64,000 nucleotides of DNA, taken from positions 6,864,716-6,928,715 of the forward strand of contig MU058337.1 of NCBI GenBank assembly GCA_013265495.1, given 5' to 3'. The stretch comes from Vicugna vicugna. Its lineage: Eukaryota. The notes beneath the pieces were generated by a model. The model saw only the letters and a program-made list of their open reading frames with translations, was not told where the DNA came from and did not search any database. Shown here piece after piece: positions 12,364-25,039 of the stretch; positions within the stretch are counted from its first letter, which is position 1; every line of letters begins with the position of its first letter. Position numbers and translations under genes: made by a program.

Positions 12364-14784
12364 GTAAGGACCAAGTTTCTTCTCAAATTTAAACCTAAGA
12401 AATGTCCCAGTTGTTAACTCCACCTGGGAGAGGAGGCTGTGCTCTGGGTTGCTGGGAAAATTGGTCTTCCTGGGCTTAGTTCACATTTCCACGCCTCCTT
12501 CTCTGACTGTTGGGACTTGGACTTGTTCAGACATTGTCAGTGACTACAACTGTCAGCACCTTACACATCACCCCCTGCTTCCTAAATGAAAATCTGCCAA
12601 TTCTAGAATAGAATGAGTCAGTAAGCAAGCACAGAAATTAGGGCCAGTAGAGACGGGTGAAATTAGGAGGTTTGGGGAACTCTTCACTCTCCAGATATAT
12701 GTGCTCTTTTCTGTGTTCATGTGCTTCAAAACAAAGCAAAAAAGGGAAAGAAAAAAGAAAGGCCCACAACATTTGTTATTTTTAATCATAATAAAAAATA
12801 ATCTATTTGCATTCTGTGGAAGTAGTCGCAGTTTAGAGAGCCAAGGTAACATAGTAGGGTAAAGGTCTGTGCTATCTGGAACTTCTTCAGGAGTCAGAAT
12901 TCAAAGGGAAAACTTCATTTAGGATTCTCAGACTAGCATCTGACACTTCAGGTAAGAGCTGAGCTGAAGTAGCCCATGTACCTCAGAGGAGTAAACGTGG
13001 GGTGTGTGGTCACACCAAACAGCACAAGCTCCCCGTGAAAGCACCCGCCTCAGACTCCTGGGGTCTTCCCGCCCTACTGCTGCCTGGAAACCGTCTAGGC
13101 CACTTCGTCATTTCGCAATAGAGGAAATGGTTAGTGTGGAATTGTTTTTATTATCACACATTACTGGTTTTGTTTATCTTCCAACCTGTCAGGCTCACTT
13201 CGTGCTACACCGTGTGTCCCAAGGCACTGGGAAAACAAACCAATCCAGCAAGCATTTATTGAGTGCTGACTGCATGCCCAAACTCCAGGCTTACGTGGCA
13301 GACCTGCCCACTAAGTTCTGAACGGTGGTGTTTGCATTCTACACTAGATTGGTGGTTTTCCCGCTTCAAGATTCCACTTTAGGCCGGTGTTTGGTTCTTT
13401 GCTAGGGTGGGATGCAACGGGCTGCCTCTTTCAGAGCTGACCGGGGCTGTGAGGCCTCCCCGCAGTTGGGCAACTCAGGCGCCGGGGATTCACCTGAAGG
13501 CAGGGTCCACACCGCCACCAAGCGCGCTGCGGAAGACACCCTGGCAGGTAGGGAGCTGTCCATCAGCGGGAGATGGGCGTGGCCTGCGCAGACCGGCCAA
13601 TCAGCAGAGCTATCCTTAAGCCAGACTCCCCGCCCCGGGAACCCGCCGAAACCCAAACCACTGAGCATGCGCCACGGGCCCAACGCAAATTGCACCCTCC
13701 CCTCGCGCCCTCTCCGCGGAAGGGTCAGAGTTAGGCTGCCACGGGTTTCTATAGGAGAGCGGAGAAAAAGCGGTGGAGGCTCGTTAGAGATGGGAGAGCT
13801 GGAAAAGCGGTGTGGGGAAGTTCCTCACAGTCGTGCTGTCGCTTGCAGCCGCCAGCTCCTGGGTCACGTCAGGCTCGCCGTCCGGCGCTTCAGGGTTTCC
13901 CGGGCTCCGCGCCCAGCGGTTCCACCCGGCCACGGAGGGGCGGCAGATTCGCAGGTCGCGTCACTTCAGCCTCCTGTAGGTTATACTCCTCAGTTTGTAG
14001 AGGAGCTAGGCGAGGCTCACAAGTTTGGATGGTGACGCAGCAGCTTGTCCTTGCGGGCTGGGGTCTGCGTGACTCATCCCGGACGCTCCCTTCGGCTCGC
14101 AGAGGCTTCCCACCGTTCGCGCGACGCCTCTGAGGGCGGAATGGTGGATTTAGGCGGAGAAGCGGCTCCACGCCAGTCCCGGGCAGGGGAGCTCCGTCCC
14201 GTTCCGCACGGCCGCATCTTCCCCGAACGGCCCTGTGCTTTCTGGGAGCCTCACAAAGGCCGCCTTCTTGAAACCTCCGTCCCCTCAGAGGCCCCAGGAG
14301 GCGTGGTGCCACCCAACCCGGACCCTGCCGGTGACCGCGGAGTCCCCAAGATGCTGGAGCTCCGCGGGCAGGGAGCCCAGGGTCCTAGTGTATAGGCGTC
14401 GGCTACCAGGACTTGGCCCCGCAAAAGCCCAGGTCGCGCGCTCTCCCGGTGGCTTGCGCGGCCCTCGCCTCAAGTCTTCGGACGTACGGCCCGGGGAGTA
14501 GCTGGACTCGGGAGGAGGCCCCCCACCCTGGGTCCCCACCTGCCCCATCAGGGAAGTGCGCTGCCATCGTCCGGCCGCCTGCCTCCGGTGCCTTGCCGCG
14601 CCAGCCGCCCGACCTGCGGGTCCCGCCGTCCCGCCGCGCCGGCCCCTCCGCCCGCCCCGCCCCGCGCCGCGCCGGACACCCCGCCCCGAGGAGGCGGCCC
14701 GGCGAGCGACCGCCGAGGGAGGCTGGTGGCATGGGGGAGCAGCTGCCGCTGCCGCCACACGCACGGTCGCCCCTAGCAAAGCAA

Positions 14785-14884
14785 NNNNNNNNNNNNNNNN
14801 NNNNNNNNNNNNNNNNNNNNNNNNNNNNNNNNNNNNNNNNNNNNNNNNNNNNNNNNNNNNNNNNNNNNNNNNNNNNNNNNNNNN
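14785..14884. other. Assembly gap (100 N, nominal size)
   Basis: Run of exactly 100 n in the most GC-rich part of the island. Confidence 0.99.
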
Positions 14885-15000
14885 GGCGGGCGGCGGCGCC
14901 GGGAGCCGCCCGCGGGCCGGGCCGAGCGCGGAGGGCGCACCTGGCAGCGGCGAGGCCCGGCCGGACTGCGGGAGCAGGCGCGGCGGCTGTGGTGGCGAGG
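14885..15000 (+). other. DOCK9: GC-rich 5' UTR / exon 1 leader of DOCK9 (5' boundary hidden in the gap)
   Basis: Very GC-rich, ATG-free sequence directly upstream of the start codon. Confidence 0.7.
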
Positions 15001-15129
15001 ATGTCGCAGCCGCCGCTGCTCCCCGCCTCGGCGGAGACTCGGAAGTTCACGCGGGCGCTAAGTAAGCCGGGCACGGCGGCGGAGCTGCGGCAGAGCGTGT
15101 CGGAGGTGGTGCGCGGCTCGGTGCTCCTG
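15001..15129 (+). CDS. DOCK9: Dedicator of cytokinesis 9 (Zizimin-1), first coding exon (43 codons, phase-0 intron follows)
   Basis: Translates to [43 protein letters not shown], which I recognise as the N-terminus of mammalian DOCK9 isoform 1. ATG context is gcgAggATG (purine at -3). A canonical CTG|GTGAGT donor follows at 15130. The exon lies in a CpG island. Confidence 0.96.
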
Positions 15130-17624
15130 GTGAGTGCGGGACCACGGAGGGAGGGGACCGGCGAACGGCCACCTCCTTTACCGTCCTCTAGGTCGGCCGG
15201 GCCTCGGCGGGGCTGCCGACCCTGCTGGGTCTGCAGGATTAAGAGGTGGTGGGGAGGAGGGGGGTGTTGTACAAGGGAGAAGGGGAGGTCCTGGAGGGGC
15301 AGCAACTTCCATATCGCTACCCGGCGTCCAGGGGTCCTCTCCCCACTGCTGCCCGTTCCCTACTGGGAAATTTCCTGGGAGACCGCCGTCTCCCTCACCA
15401 TCCTCCCCCACCAAGTTTACCTCCCTCTGTCAGCTGAGATATTACCCTCTCCTTTCCCCCCATCCTTCCCACAGCCCCTTTCTTTCTGAAGGGGCTTGGC
15501 ACCTGTGGCCTGGAGGGGCACGGGGGAGTGGAGGTGGTGGCTTCCTCTTCCAGTCCGCAATCCATAGTGGGTGATGACCCTGGGGACCCTTTGGGTGGGC
15601 AGAAAGATTTCCTCTTCCTTCTCCTACCCGGCATCCTGAGATTTGACCGCCTCTTATGACGGGTTAAGGGGCTTCATAGGAACCCTCGGTGATTTCACCA
15701 TTGTTGCAAATTGCTACGAAGTTTGGGGATTTGGAGCAAGTAGCCTGAAGATTAATCTGATCGTTGCAGAACGGCTTTGGAGAATAGGCCTCGGGGTGTG
15801 AGGAAGATGAAGTTTTAAATCAACTTTTCCACAGCTGGGCTGGTCCTGCTATATTTGGAAACGCAGTACACTCGGATCACTTGGATGGTGTGAGAGAGGA
15901 GCGATGTTTGAGCAGCAGCATGCTCTTCTGGGCACATGGAACTTTAACAGCTTCTTGTTGGTGCTGGCATTTGTTTTTTTTGAAGGGGGCTTGTTTGTGC
16001 GTGGATGACTTGTGCTTGTTGGGAAGGGTGCAAGAAGATGGGCCTTGGAAGTAATTTTCTGGGCTTTGTGGGGCTGTGTTGGAGGGTATTGTCCTGGTGG
16101 AGTGCCAGGTCCCTTAACACAGGGCCTGGGTCATCTTTTTGGTGGCAGATAGATGCTCTTCCTGGGTAGACACAGAATGACACGAATGATGTTTGTGGAG
16201 ATTGGAGATGAAGCTTCACGTATTTCCATAGCTAGCCTGCTCAGTTTGCGTTTTCTCTGTTACTCTGCCACCTCACTCTAGATTCCTCAAACTTCAATTT
16301 GTTCAGTAATAAGGAATTTTATTTTTCTCTTTTACTAAAGTTGATCATTTGATGGTAAGGAGTAGAGCAGGAGTTGAGAATAGACTAGAACCTGGGATCT
16401 CTTTCATAACCTGAATTAACTTCATTTGCTTTGGCCTCAGTACTGTGTCCTGCATCTTTCTGACTTGCTGTTGTGTGTATGTTAAGGACAGAGCCTGCAA
16501 ACATCTGTGGCATCTTTCTTGTTCTCACAGGAAACTTAGTTCTTTTACCTGGGGGCACTGTCCTCATCAGAGATTTGAGACAAAAGAAGAGTAAATAGAC
16601 ATATGGCTGTGCCATGATATTTCCAAAGTGCAACAGACCTGGACTGAAGAGGAGGTACTAGTTTAATAAGCCATTAGGTTGAGCACAATACTGCTAATTA
16701 CTGATGTGCAGCAGTCCTTGAATTGGACAGTCCTTCCTGTTGGAGGCTGGCCTACTGATGGTGACCCAGTAGTGTCCATTCCTGTGTATGACTTACTGCT
16801 ACTCTGTTACCTTATGACACTTTAATAATAACATATGTTTTCCCTGGACACCGTTAACCACGAACAGCCAGACGTTTGACTGTGTCTCAGCCCTTAGTGT
16901 TTTCTGTCTGTGGTCACTTGTCTGATGAAGCAAACACAGAATGCAGGAAAGTAGGTGGGCATCCTTGGTGTGTGAGAGGCTCTCTGGCTGATCGGGAAAT
17001 ACATTGCAGTGGTTCTACATTGCAGATGGAGGAATTTGGAATAGCTTACAGATACTAAAAATTACCTGTCAACCTCACCCCCCTCACCTCCTGCCAGGTA
17101 CTCTGCTACTACCTGCTGCTTCTCGCTGCACCATAGTGTCTGCCGGGAAGCCACAGTAGGTGCATCTGTCTCGGCTAGCAGGATCTAAGAAGGTACCCCT
17201 GATCCTTGCAGGAGGCAGAACCGCAACCAAGCCAGGGTTTGGAATCCCGTGGTCAACTGACCTATGCTTGGATGGAAGTATTACTCTGCCTGACGACTTT
17301 GGTCAGTGTTGATACACGGCCTACAGCGTAGTAAACATGCAATAAATACTCTTAACTAGCTGGCTAATAAAGCAGTTCTGCAGATGGACTAAAAGAAAAA
17401 TGAACAGGGTAAGTAAGGATTTAACTAACTCTTCTTGTGCTTCTAGTATTGATGAGTGGCTGTTAGTGATCCAGAACAACAGAACTGAATCGTTCAGTGA
17501 GTAACAAAGGCTGCCATTTAAAAAAACAAACTTTAGAATGTAAAAGTGAGATGTACTCATAAATTTTTCATTCTTTGAAAGCTTCATTTTTCATAGGCTT
17601 AGGTTTGTGGGGCTTTAAAAATGA

Positions 17625-17970
17625 TATTATATTAATTTGTTTGAAGACCTTGAAAATAAACATACAAAAAAGTGGAGAGAATAGCATAGTGAACCCTCAT
17701 AATCCATCAGCCTGATTCAATAATTATCAAGATTTTGCTAAACTTGCTTTAACTGTCCCCTTTTTTCCCTTTTTGGGTGATAGTGAATTCCATCATTTCA
17801 CCCCTATATACCCAATATGTATTGTTAAAAATAGTGGTATTTTATTACATAACTATAATGCTGTTATGTTAAAGTTAGCAATAATCTGTTGGTATACTAT
17901 TCAGATTTCCCAGATTGCTTAAGAAATATCTTTGGTAGTTTCTGTTCTAATCAGGATCCAAATAAGTTTT
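17625..17970 (-). mobile_element. Ancient L1 (L1ME/MC-like) 3' end
   Basis: aaacatacaaaaaagtggagagaatagcatagtgaaccc...ataattatcaagattttgc. Confidence 0.6.
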
Positions 17971-18052
17971 GCTCGCCTTTTCAAAAATGAGCCTTAGAAT
18001 TATTCACGATGGCGTGAACCTTCCCTGGGGTCTGGAGTTTTAATCCTAGAGG

Positions 18053-18247
18053 TTTAGTGGGTTAGAGCACCTGGGTTGTAATGCCAGCTTAACCGCTTAC
18101 CAGCTGTGCAGTCTTAGGCATGTAACAGCCTTGCTGTGCCTCGGTTTCCCCATTTATAGAGTGGAGATAGCAATCATACTCACCTTATAAAATTGTTGGG
18201 AGGATTAAATGAGCAGTAGAGGTAAAGCGCTTAGACAGTGCCTGGCT
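18053..18247 (+). mobile_element. MIR SINE
   Basis: MIR core ctgtgcctcggtttccccattt...gttgggaggattaaatgag...aaagcgcttagacagtgcctggc. Confidence 0.88.
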
Positions 18248-20309
18248 AATATTCTTATAGCTACTTAAGTCACACTGGACTATTGCTTAACTTCTCTGAA
18301 CCTCCAGGCTCCCTCCTGTTCTGTTAAATGAAGGGCTGTACTGGATTGCTCTAGAGTCCCTTTCCCTACCAACAGGCTTCAGTTCTAAGCTACTTTTATA
18401 GGAGTAGTAGAGGTACTACTGGTAATACTCCTAACAGTAGGAAAAGTAATTTACAAATTTGCATAATGAAAGAATCCTCACAATTTCAGAATTACCTTTC
18501 CATTTTGAAAATAGTCAGGAGGGCAATATATTCAAAATATACACAAGCTCAGAAGAAAAATTAGGAATAATTCCCTGAGCAGGGTTGAGCTGTAATTGGG
18601 TTTTTCATATATATTAAAGTTAGCATCGTAATGGCCTAGATCTGAGTATACCACCCAAGGCCTAAAAATATCCTTTCTCTGAAAGATTTGTGTAAATGTC
18701 GGGACCCAGCCCTTTGCATGGGTTTGCTGGCTCTGTTGTGCTCAGGTCCTGATGCCCAGGTCATCTGGCTGCCAGCTTCCTCGCCAATCTTATCTTGGCG
18801 AGCTCAGCCTCAGACTCTCCTTCACATCAGGCCCCCACTGGTGACACCATTCTACAGCCATCTGAGGGCCCGCAGTATGAGATGAAATGAATCCAAGTCA
18901 GGCTTCAGGAACTTTTCCTTTGTGTAACTGGAGGATGACGGACAGAGGTGTGGGGTGATAACCTCCCAGAGTGCGTACTTGGAGCCCCCCTCACCCTCCC
19001 AGTTCAGTGAACACGAGATTCCAGTATGATCTGAGGCAACCTGAGACCCGAGGGGGACTGTTCTTTGAAATCCTCAGATAACGTAAAACCTCATTTTGGC
19101 TGTAATTTTAAATCAGATAGGATAGTAAATTGGTAACTGAGCTGGCCTGAGCTTCACCTCACTGTCTTTCTGCACCCTCTGTTGGAGTGCTAACAACAGA
19201 AATGTCCCAGAATACAGGAAGCAGGGTGGAGGCCCATCTCCAACTAGATAATCAACAACAGGTTCTAGTTCTTTGGTTTCTGGTCCATTTGAATTTTGGG
19301 AGACGGAAGGACATTAGTAATGCCTTGAATTTAAAAAAGGAGGGAAGGAATTGTGAAATCTTTATCCGCGTTTATTGCGGGCCAGCTCCGTGCCAGGACT
19401 TTTTGCTGGGTACTGAGAATCTGCTGTGGTGTTAGAGCAGGCCCTTGCCCTGAAGGGTTTGTGATCTAAATAGGTGGACAAGTCAGTCCTCTCTGGAAAG
19501 GTAACAGTACAAAAGAGGTTCAAATGCCTGGTTCAGAGAACAGGAAGATGAAATAAGAGAGAACTGATATATTTGGGAAAGGGTTTGTGAAGAATTGAAC
19601 TAGACCTGGAAGATGGAGAGGTAAGGGCAACTTTTTTTTCCCAGAAAAGAATGAGAGATTGAGTAAACTCTTAGAATGCCGGGATAGGCCAAGGAGGAGC
19701 AGAGCGGCATGGGCAGAGAGCTCTGGGCAAGTTTTAGGAGGAAGGGAGAGAGGTTTTGAGAAATACAGCTGCTAATTTTGGGGACAGTTTCAATGACTGG
19801 CTAAGAACGCATCATAAAATAGATTTTTTTTTCTTGTCTTTTTGCAACCTATTTTAGGAAAGAAGTTCAAACCAGCCAATACATATGCTTCTTAGAGAGA
19901 CCTTCCCCTTAGTATAATCTTGGGGTAAATAATATGACAATTTTGTGTCATGCAGACCTGAGGACATGAAGGGAAGTCTGTGGCATAGAAAACAGGCCTC
20001 TGTGTGGGTCAACATTGAGGGTATCACGTGAGCAGCAGTCAGACAGGGTAGGTACACCGTTGAGGAAATGATATTCAAAAAGTGTTGGTGCCCACCTTAT
20101 ATTATATGCTGAAATAAGTTGTAACTAAATGTAAGAGTCATGTGTAAAATAAACCAAAGAAACAGCATAAAACATGGGTGAATAATCATATAAGGGTGGA
20201 GAGGGATTTTTGTAAAGCCTGGAAGTAAATGAAAAAAACCAGTTTGGTCTGGGCTTGGGAGGTGAGCCATGGCCTTGCCGTTGATGAGATGAGGGTTTTG
20301 ATCAAGTTT

Positions 20310-20450
20310 CTTCACCTAAACCTCAGTTTGCTTATCTGAGAATTGGGTTTGTTAGGTATTATTATCTTAGGTAATTTTAAAAATAAAGATTAAATAAGAT
20401 AATACATGTAAAGGTACTAAATAGTAAGTGCTTAAGTAGGTGCTTAACAG
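20310..20450 (+). mobile_element. MIR SINE
   Basis: cctcagtttgcttatctg...attaaataagataatacatgtaaag. Confidence 0.7.
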
Positions 20451-20809
20451 AGGTAATCTCGTGTTATGTTAATAAAAGAAAAGATTGATTGCCTTGGCTA
20501 AATATATCTGGAGCCAGCATTTCTTAAGCACTTACTGTGTCCTCGGATATGTATTAGGGCTTTACACCTGGGAAGTTAAGTCACCTCAAGGTCACAGGGC
20601 TGTAAGTGGGGGGATCTGTGTCTTGAACTTGGGCACTGTGGCTTCAGACCAAGTATTCCTACTAACTTCTCTACCTACTGCCTCCCCATGCAAACACTCA
20701 GACCTCTGTTCTGTATGTCACAAATACCATACATTTAAAAGTCAAATAATAAGCTTAGAAACAGTATTTGTCCTCTGTGTATATCTATATCTCAGTCATA
20801 GTGTTAAGT

Positions 20810-21400
20810 TTTAAAAAATATATTGAGAGCTCTTATGAGTCAATTAAAAAAAGAAAAACACTCCAGAAGAAAAATGGGAAAGGACATTAATGGCAGTCTC
20901 TCAAAGAAAGGAACACAATCCATAAAGGACAGAAAAAAAGTGATCAGCCTTGCTAATAATTAAAGGAACATTAATTAAAACAAGATATCATTTTTGCCTG
21001 ATAAATGTGCAAATTTGCAAAGATAGAACGGTTTTGCAAGGACGGGGTGAACCTAGCACTTTGGTTTGCAGGGTTATCCCTTTCCACAATTCCAGGGGCC
21101 CCCTTTTTATTTAAAACGCCATGCATTTGTGCCTCCTGGGTTTTGTAACATGATGAATGGTATTACTTTTTGCAGCTGGGCTATATGTATCAAGATCTTT
21201 AACACGCTCCCATTCTTTGACTCAGTACTTGTAGGATTTCCCTCTAAGTACTAAATTGAAATGTGCATAAAGGACAATGTCTGAAGTCACAGTGCTGACG
21301 GTTCAGGGCAGAAACTGTAAAATACTGAACAACTGTAAACTATCTAAAGGTCTTAACAGTACGCTGAGTGAATTGTGAAGTTTGACTGTTTATGATGCCA
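20810..21400 (+). mobile_element. Ancient L1 ORF2 3' fragments
   Basis: agaaaaatgggaaaggacattaa...ctaataattaaagg...aaaacaagatatcattttt. Confidence 0.55.
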
Positions 21401-21589
21401 TTAAGTTTAGTTTTAGAAGAATAACCTGAGAAAATTCTTCCATTATAGTGTTGGAAGGCTGTGGAGGCTTGTGGGTATGTTCAGGGACCTGGGTTCTGTT
21501 ACCCCTTTTATGCCAAATGCTGTGTGACCTTGGGTTGTGTGCCTGCAGCCTGACTTCTGCCCTTACTGTGGGGTGGCCCTTCAGTCCTC

Positions 21590-23145
21590 TCTCCTTCAGC
21601 TTGTCATCTGCAGCATTTGATGGCACTCAGCACCCCTCCTTCCCCTTCTGGGTTTCTCCACCTTCCTCCTCTGTGGTCTTCATTCTAGCCCCTCGCTGCC
21701 CTCACCACCCAGGGAAATTCCCCAAGTGTCCCTTCACCACCTTTGGCTCATAGCATTTAATCCTTCTCCTTCACTCGGAAAGGGGCTGTACACCTTCACT
21801 GCAGTTTGTGAATCTTTATCTCAGTTCTGATGTCTATCCTCAGCTCACACATGCTTTTCCGCTAACTTGCCTGACGTGTGTACATGGCTGTCCCACCAGT
21901 CCCTTAAGTTCAGCATCTATGGAAACATAAATTGTCACTTTTTATCCCAACCAGCTGTCCTTTGTGCATACTTGTTTTCTTTAGTGAGAGGCCTCCTTTC
22001 GTGGTCACCAACTCTGAAATCTCTAATTCCTCCTTGTTCTCTTTTGTTCATCTCCTTTTGCCTTCATCATCCTTTCATCACTGCATCCATCACGTTCTGT
22101 GTCTGTATCAGTCAGTGTAGGCTTACGACTCCCAAATCTCAGTGGTTCAAAACAGAAAGGTTTATTTCTCCCTCACGCTGCCTCTCCATTGAGGGTGATT
22201 AGGAACCACGTTGTCTGCATCCTGGGACCTGGGTTGATGGGACAGCCACTATCCTGAATGTGGTGGGTTCGTGTGCTGGGAAAGAGTGTGGGGACTCCCT
22301 CCCTCAGAGGCTACTAAGTTTCCACCCAGTCTCTTCTGCTTATGTTCTACTGGCTAAAGCATTTTGCATGGCCACACCTAACTCCAAGGGCAGGGCAGTC
22401 CAGTCCTGTCTGTGTGTCTGGAAGGGGAGCCCACATCTGTGGTGAGCAACACTCGTGGCTACTGCAGCCTGCCATCCCCCTCTCTGTCTGCTGCCCCTAT
22501 CCTGGTCCCTGCAGTAGTGGCGGATAGCATCCCTCCTGTCTAGTCTCTGCTTCCATTCTTACTCCATCCTTAAGACTTTAATTCTGAATCCTTAACACAC
22601 CAGTGTCCCCCACTGCCCTTGGAATAGAAGCTTCTTCCCTTGGACTGTAAGGCAGTCTCCTTATTAGGCACCACCCTTTCGTTGCTCACCAGCTCAGCTT
22701 TTACATGTTCTGGATGCCAGACTCTCTCATACCCCAGGACTTGGCAGGAGCTCTTGCCTTTGCCGGAGATAATAATCACCACCTTACCTTCCTCCTCATC
22801 TGCCAGGCCATTCCCTTTGGTCTGTGGAATTGTGCTTGTAATTCCTTGCCTCACAGAGGCCCTGCCTATCCACCCAAACTGAAACAGGCCCGGCCTGTTC
22901 TTTGCCTTTGTACCCGTTAGCACAGTTTATGTATTTACATGTATGTACATTTGTTTCATGTCTGTCTCTTAGCACATAGCAGAAGCTCAATAGATGTTGT
23001 TTGTTCTGGGAGGGAGGTAATTAGGTTTATTTATTTGTTTTCAGAGGAGGTGCTGGGGCTTGAACCCAGGACCTTGTGCATACTAAGCTTGCGCTCTACC
23101 ATTGAACTATACCCTCCCTCTGCCCTTTTTTTTTATGAATGAAAG
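21590..23145 (+). mobile_element. L2 LINE fragments, interrupted by an MLT1J-like LTR (~22100-22460) and a vic-1 SINE
   Basis: Pyrimidine-rich L2 motifs and the L2 tail agcacatagcagaagctcaata...tgaatgaa. LTR motifs include cccaaatctcagtggttcaaaacagaaagg and catggccacacctaactccaaggg. Confidence 0.65.
23008..23118 (-). mobile_element. tRNA-derived camelid SINE (vic-1 type)
   Basis: gggaggtaattaggtttatttattt...ggaggtgctggggcttgaacccagg...ctctaccattgaactataccctccc; homologous to 9081-9205. Confidence 0.9.
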
Positions 23146-24354
23146 ACTCCTATATGTCTGACATGTTTTGTTTTTAAAATCCTTTTTTTGATTCCTCCTT
23201 GCCCCTCATTTCCCTCTCTGCACCCATTTCTGTTTACCGCGTTCTAGCCTGTTTCCCTCTGCCAGGTTGCTTTTCCGAATGCAGAGTTTCCATTGTGTCG
23301 TTAGTTTCTCATTGTCACCTGATTTGTTGATATTCTTGTATGTCAGAATGCATCACTTTGGGGCTGGCCCTTTGCTTTAGTTTAGAAAAAGCAGATTGTC
23401 AGTAAATCTGTGTGATCTTTGTATAGCTTTTGAAAGCAGCTACAAGTAAGATTAATTTCCTTTTTTGGGACAGCTTATTTTCACCAACTCTGCTGAACTC
23501 CAGTGTATAAAAGAACACACTGATCCAATTCTTATGTTAGGTATTTAGTAAATCCTTTATCTGAGAACAAAACAAAATAAAATAAGAACACAAATAATAA
23601 AAACCCTTGGAAGTGCTTTTCATTCACTTGAACCATGAGTATTGCAAACCATGAAGAAGTACTTAGATGGTGAAGGTGTTTCTGTTTCTTTTACATCTCT
23701 TGTCACTTTTTCTCTAATGGACTCTTTGAACCCTTATCAGCAAATTGATGGCAAGGAGGCTTACTATCTGAGCAGAACTCTGTAATGCCAAATGGTTTGT
23801 TGGAATCTCCCTGCACCCTCTTTCTTAGAATTTGGCAGAGATAAATACAATTACGATAGTACTTGGGTGTGTTTGCTTAGGGAGGGTGGCAAGGTCAGTG
23901 CATATGTTAGAGATATGCCTATTTATTTATTATAGACTAATGTTTACTGAATGTTAATCTGAAAGTGAATCTGAAAGCAGATGTCAGTGGACTGCTCAGG
24001 GTTTCCATTGGCTACTTGAAGTTTATTCTCAAACTCTTCTGTACTTAGAGATTCACATACACTGTTTTTATAAATTTTGTCTCAACAGAAAATATACTTT
24101 CTGTCATGTGGCTATAGAAATGTTCTAAGAAAAGTTGTTTACCGTGATAAGTGTAAAAGTTATAAACAGTATGTACAGAATGTTCACTTTTAAAAAGAGT
24201 ATAAGCACTATTTTGTTGATGAAAAAGTTTTATAATATTACAGATGCTATCATAAACTATTCTCTTGTTTCAGAAATAGGTCCCTGAATTCTAGAATGTA
24301 GAAAATACTGTGGTATAACCAGGTTTCCGTTAATAGAGGGGTAGTTCTGTTAGG

Positions 24355-24535
24355 AGTGGCAGTGGAATATAGTGGATAAGAACTTGGGCTCAGGAGGTGC
24401 TAAACTCAGCTCTTCACCTCAAGAATGAACATCATAATAGCACTTATCCTGTAGATGTTTGTGGTGATTAAGTGAGCAGATGCATATAAAGCACTTGGAA
24501 TAGGCCCTGGGGCACAGTAAATACCCAGTAAGTAC
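24355..24535 (+). mobile_element. MIR SINE
   Basis: atagtggataagaac...gtgattaagtgagcagatgcatataaagcactt...ggcacagtaa. Confidence 0.7.
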
Positions 24536-25039
24536 AAGCTTTTGTGATTTATGAGGGCAGCCTAAAGAAATATCATGTAATTCTTAAAAGCGCTGCTTAT
24601 GGAGAACTCTTGGGAAAATTATAATATTGGGTGAAAAAGTAGTATATGGAAATATGTGTGTCACAAGTGTGTAGAAAATAACCTGTGTGTAAGAAAAATG
24701 TTGGAAATAAATACATGAAAAGGGAATATGATTTGTTCTTTATACATTCTAATATTTCCTGATTGTTAAACTTTCATAAGATCTATCAAGAAAAAAAAAT
24801 AGGAGGGAGATTTTGGTGCTTCATGTAAGACATTCAAATTAGTACTCTTTGAAAATTATACTTGTACATCTTATTGCTGGTAAAGGTGTGTATCTTAATG
24901 TAAAATGTATTCCTGGATTAAGATGCACACATACATCTTGGTAGCAAAAATATTGTCAACCAGTTAAGAGGCCTGCATTGAATGCTCAGAGAGGAAGGAG
25001 GCCTAGGTGAAATAATGAAACCTTGCATTTGACAGTTTT

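Larger units (their letters stand above)
13380..15350. promoter_or_regulatory. CpG island / DOCK9 promoter
   Basis: Sharp rise in GC and CpG density against AT-rich, CpG-depleted flanks. Multiple GC boxes (CCCGCCCC at ~14651-14688), CCAAT at 13597, and CRE/AP-1-like motifs at 13862-14076. Confidence 0.93.

Noticed and set aside
14413..15489. 358-aa ORF containing the DOCK9 N-terminus
   Set aside because: It spans a nominal 100-N gap and reads through the splice donor at 15130; only 15001-15129 is supported as coding.
13402..15634. Many overlapping 60-300 aa ORFs on both strands
   Set aside because: Low-complexity Pro/Arg/Gly/Ala translations are expected from stop-codon scarcity in a CpG island; no recognisable domains.
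18399..18433. Hairpin TAGGAGTA...TACTCCTA
   Set aside because: An 8-bp stem is too short for a miRNA or structured RNA and is within chance expectation.
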